In this document: piece after piece, positions 60,923-64,000 of the stretch
Layout of the letters: every line of letters starts with the position of its first letter
Numbering within the stretch: position 1 is the stretch's first letter
NCBI GenBank assembly: GCA_963799845.1
Contig: CAWCYI010000006.1
Location: 576,001-640,000 of the forward strand
Direction of reading: 5' to 3'
Source: an uncultured Nitrososphaerota archaeon
GTDB lineage: Archaea > Thermoproteota > Nitrososphaeria > Nitrososphaerales > CADDZS01
DNA length: 64,000 nucleotides
The notes under the pieces: model-generated
Told to the model about the DNA's origin: nothing
Database searches by the model: none
Seen by the model: the letters and a program-made list of their open reading frames with translations, nothing else
Made by a program: the position numbers and the translations under genes

Positions 60923-61722
60923 CCGATGGATCTTAAGGCTGCTCCATCCACCGGGAGCGCTGTGCCGCTGACGTAGGACGACATTTCGCTTCCGAGAAAG
61001 AGGAAGGAACGCGCTATTTCCTCGGTCGAACCGATGTAGCCCAGCGGAATCTGCGAAACGATCTCGTTCATCGCCTGAGCTTCTGAAATCCCCCTTCTCT
61101 TCGAACTGTCCCGGACTAGCTGGTCGATCCTCCCGGTCTTGATGTATCCGGGGAGAATTGCGTTCACCCTGATCCCCTTCGGGGCAAGTTCCCTCGCGAG
61201 CGTTCTCACAAGGCCAAGGATCGAGACGCGACAGACATCGGAGAGTGCCAGATTTGGTGACGGCTCTCGGACGACCAGAGACGCAGAGAAGATCATTTTG
61301 CCTTTAGTCTTCTTTTCTATCATAACTTCAGCCACTTTTCTCGCAAGGTAGGCGGGGCTGATCGTGAGCAGCCTCGCAGCATACTCCCACTCGTCATAGT
61401 TTTTTTCCATGACAGTCCCCGGCGATGGAGAACCAGTGACGTATGCCAGGACATCGATGCCGCCAAGCAAATCTGTGGTTGTGGACACAACTCGGTCGAT
61501 GTCAGATTCTACCGACAGATCTCCGGCAATCCGGTGGACTTCTCCCAGGCCGGAAAGATCCTGCTCCGCTTTTCTCAGCCGTTCATCGTTTGATGAATTG
61601 ATAACTACCCTTGCGTGTTCTTCTAGAAAGGCCTTGGCTACTCCGAAGCCGATGCCCTGGCTCGCCGCCGTTACGAGCACTCTATGATTTTCGAGTCCGG
61701 TTGAAAGAGGCAATTCATTCAC
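60919..61722 (-). CDS. SDR family oxidoreductase
   Basis: VLVTAASQGIG; GIRVNAILPG; SSYVSG...VDG. Confidence 0.9.
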   Translation of the reverse strand: MNELPLSTGLENHRVLVTAASQGIGFGVAKAFLEEHARVVINSSNDERLRKAEQDLSGLGEVHRIAGDLSVESDIDRVVSTTTDLLGGIDVLAYVTGSPSPGTVMEKNYDEWEYAARLLTISPAYLARKVAEVMIEKKTKGKMIFSASLVVREPSPNLALSDVCRVSILGLVRTLARELAPKGIRVNAILPGYIKTGRIDQLVRDSSKRRGISEAQAMNEIVSQIPLGYIGSTEEIARSFLFLGSEMSSYVSGTALPVDGAALRSIG

Positions 61723-61988
61723 GGTTCAGCGAATCCGTGTTAATTAGATTTGGGAATAAGCCCTTTAGGAACTCACTCCTAATAGTGAATACACTTGCTC
61801 TATGATTAGAACTATTGCAGTTCCAGAATCATCCTAGGCACTTTCTTCTAAAAATAATCAAACTTGTGCCGTATAGTTAGCAAGTCAGAATTCCTGACTG
61901 CCCGCACCGTCAAAGACCAGATTTTCACAAACCTTTTATATCAGTAAGTTACTATCCAATGGTTACTAACGTCTAGGTGTCAACAAGT

Positions 61989-62555
61989 ATGAGTTGGAGA
62001 TATCAGAATAGGAAAAAGGAGAACAAGGACGAAGATGGGAAGGAGAGTTTCTTTGAGGATCCTTTTCGCTTCGGTTTTGGGACTGGATTCCAAGACATTG
62101 ACCAGCTGATAGACAGCATGTTCAAAACTGCCGAGTCGCTCGATTCGACATCCGATCCAAATAGCGTGTATTACGGTTATCAGGTGAATGTCGGGCCCGA
62201 CGGCAAACCGAACGTGAGGGAATTTGGTAATGTAAAGCCGACGAGGCGAGGTACGTTTGAGCTCGGTTCGAGAGAGCCGTTCGTTGACGTTGTGGTGAAT
62301 GAGAAAGACCAGTCTCTGAACGTCGTAGCTGAGATGCCGGGAGTTCAAAAAGAGGACATCGAGCTCCAAGCGACCGAGGATTCGCTTACGATCAAGGCTA
62401 GAAACGGCGATCGAAATTACGAGACAACTGTTCCACTGAACAATCTGGTCGTCCCTGACTCGGCAAAAGCGACTTACAGAAACGGCATATTGGAAGTTGT
62501 GCTTAAACTGAAGGAAGCTCCGAAGCCGAAAGGACTGAACATCAAGGTGGAATAA
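61989..62555 (+). CDS. hsp20: Small heat shock protein (archaeal Hsp20)
   Basis: YYGYQVNVGPDGKPNVREFGN, REPFVDV, AEMPGV, ATYRNGILEV and C-terminal IKVE. Confidence 0.93.
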   Translation: MSWRYQNRKKENKDEDGKESFFEDPFRFGFGTGFQDIDQLIDSMFKTAESLDSTSDPNSVYYGYQVNVGPDGKPNVREFGNVKPTRRGTFELGSREPFVDVVVNEKDQSLNVVAEMPGVQKEDIELQATEDSLTIKARNGDRNYETTVPLNNLVVPDSAKATYRNGILEVVLKLKEAPKPKGLNIKVE

Positions 62556-62649
62556 AATGGGGAAGATTGTCACCGCGCAGTTAAGTACCAGAGCTCGCGC
62601 GGAATACACATCCCTCGTACGAAAAAACTAATGGAAGTCGAAAGATAAA

Positions 62650-64000
62650 ATGGCAAAACAAAAAGATAGTAAAGAAATAGAGGTAAGGACTGCCGAGGCC
62701 CTTACTAGAGACGTCGGCAGAGGAATCGCTAGAGTCGATCCCGATATTCTTTCAAAATTGGGATGGGAGACCGGCGATGTTATTGAGATTGAAGGTAGAA
62801 AGAAAACTTATGCCCTGCTTTGGCCGGCTCAGCCGAGCGATGCGGGCCGCGGCATAATCAGAATAGACGGCGCGACCAGGAACAACGCGGGCGTAGGCAT
62901 TGATGACAAGGTCACGATCCAACGGACCGAGGCTGCTTATGCTGACAGGATAACACTTGCTCCCACTGAGCCTCTGAGGATAACCGGTGGAGAGGAGTAC
63001 CTTGCGCAGATTCTGGATGGACGGGTCGTTGGAAGGGGCGACATGATTGCAATCAGCGTGATGAATAGACGCATTGATCTTGTCGTAACCAAGGTTGAAC
63101 CTGATTCCCGCGCCGTAATCGTTAACGATAACACGCAAGTGGTTATCAGCGAGGAAGTTGCAAAGCCGCAGCGGAATCTTCCACGTATCACTTACGAAGA
63201 TATTGGTGGGATAAGAAACGAAGTCACCAAAGTCAGAGAAATGATCGAGCTCCCGATGAAACATCCCGAGCTCTTCGAGAGGCTTGGAATCGATGCTCCT
63301 AAGGGAGTGTTGCTCCACGGTCCACCAGGAACTGGAAAGACATTGCTTGCGAAAGCGGTCGCGAACGAGACTAATGCTCACTTCATCAGCATCTCCGGAC
63401 CCGAAATCATGGGCAAGTATTACGGAGAAAGCGAGGAAAGATTACGACAGATCTTCGACGAAGCCGAGAAGAATGCTCCGAGCATCATCTTCATCGATGA
63501 AATCGACAGCATTGCACCCAAGAGAGAAGAGGTTACCGGTGAAGTCGAAAAGAGAGTCGTCGCACAACTTCTCTCACTTATGGATGGGATGGAGTCCAGA
63601 GGCAAGGTTGTGGTTATCGCTGCCACAAACAGACCGAACGCTATTGATCCAGCGCTCAGAAGACCCGGGAGGTTTGACAGAGAGATTGAGATCGGTGTCC
63701 CTGATCAACAGGGAAGGCTCGAAGTCTTACAGATTCACACAAGAGGGATGCCTCTCGCCGAGGATGTTGATTTGCAGAAACTGGCAGCCTCTTCACACGG
63801 GTTCGTCGGGGCTGACCTTGAAGCGCTCGCAAAAGAAGCCGCGATCAGAGCTCTTAGGCGAATTCTTCCGGATATCGATCTAGAGAAGAAATCAATTCCA
63901 GCCGAGACACTCAACAAGATCATCGTTCGGATGAGCGATTTCCAAGAAGCCCTAGCAGAAGTCGAGCCTTCAGCTCTGAGGGAGGTTCTCGTGGAGGTCC
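62650..64000 (+). CDS. cdc48: CDC48/VCP AAA+ ATPase (partial, runs off the window end)
   Basis: Manual translation from ATG 62650: [39 protein letters not shown] and [12 protein letters not shown]. Confidence 0.95.
   Translation, partial: MAKQKDSKEIEVRTAEALTRDVGRGIARVDPDILSKLGWETGDVIEIEGRKKTYALLWPAQPSDAGRGIIRIDGATRNNAGVGIDDKVTIQRTEAAYADRITLAPTEPLRITGGEEYLAQILDGRVVGRGDMIAISVMNRRIDLVVTKVEPDSRAVIVNDNTQVVISEEVAKPQRNLPRITYEDIGGIRNEVTKVREMIELPMKHPELFERLGIDAPKGVLLHGPPGTGKTLLAKAVANETNAHFISISGPEIMGKYYGESEERLRQIFDEAEKNAPSIIFIDEIDSIAPKREEVTGEVEKRVVAQLLSLMDGMESRGKVVVIAATNRPNAIDPALRRPGRFDREIEIGVPDQQGRLEVLQIHTRGMPLAEDVDLQKLAASSHGFVGADLEALAKEAAIRALRRILPDIDLEKKSIPAETLNKIIVRMSDFQEALAEVEPSALREVLVEV

Noticed and set aside
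62752-63923. ORFs 62752-63381 (-) and 63284-63883 (+)
   Set aside because: They are antisense or alternative-frame shadows of cdc48.

Overview
Archaeal chromosomal window, probably a non-ammonia-oxidising Nitrososphaerota/Thaumarchaeota-like lineage (inferred from the archaeal informational operon, a DUF6659-like gene and the SRP RNA style). Core content: the priL-priS-gins-rpl44e-rps27e-aIF2alpha-nop10 cluster, dnaG, pelota, ncsA, SRP RNA, hsp20-cdc48, a canonical-looking ftsZ and a bacterial-type gpmI. It also carries Moco biosynthesis genes with a ubiquitin-like sulfur carrier, a coxMSLG-like molybdenum hydroxylase operon that is not a recognisable CO dehydrogenase, several amino-acid/purine/polyamine uptake and catabolism clusters, two GT-C glycosyltransferases and two complete IS elements (IS481 with a 15-bp TSD, IS701 with a 5-bp TSD). 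Most notable observations: (1) a ~110-nt hairpin-containing non-coding element present in two diverged copies, both next to molybdenum-cofactor genes; (2) eight apparent +1 frameshifts, including in essential genes, of which seven lie at or next to AGCT, which looks like a DNA-methylation imprint in long-read data rather than real pseudogenes; (3) a stand-alone B3-like DNA-binding protein, a PMT-like candidate for archaeal O-glycosylation, and a MoaD/SAMP protein with an extension after its diglycine. All calls come from reading motifs by eye; no database searches were run.
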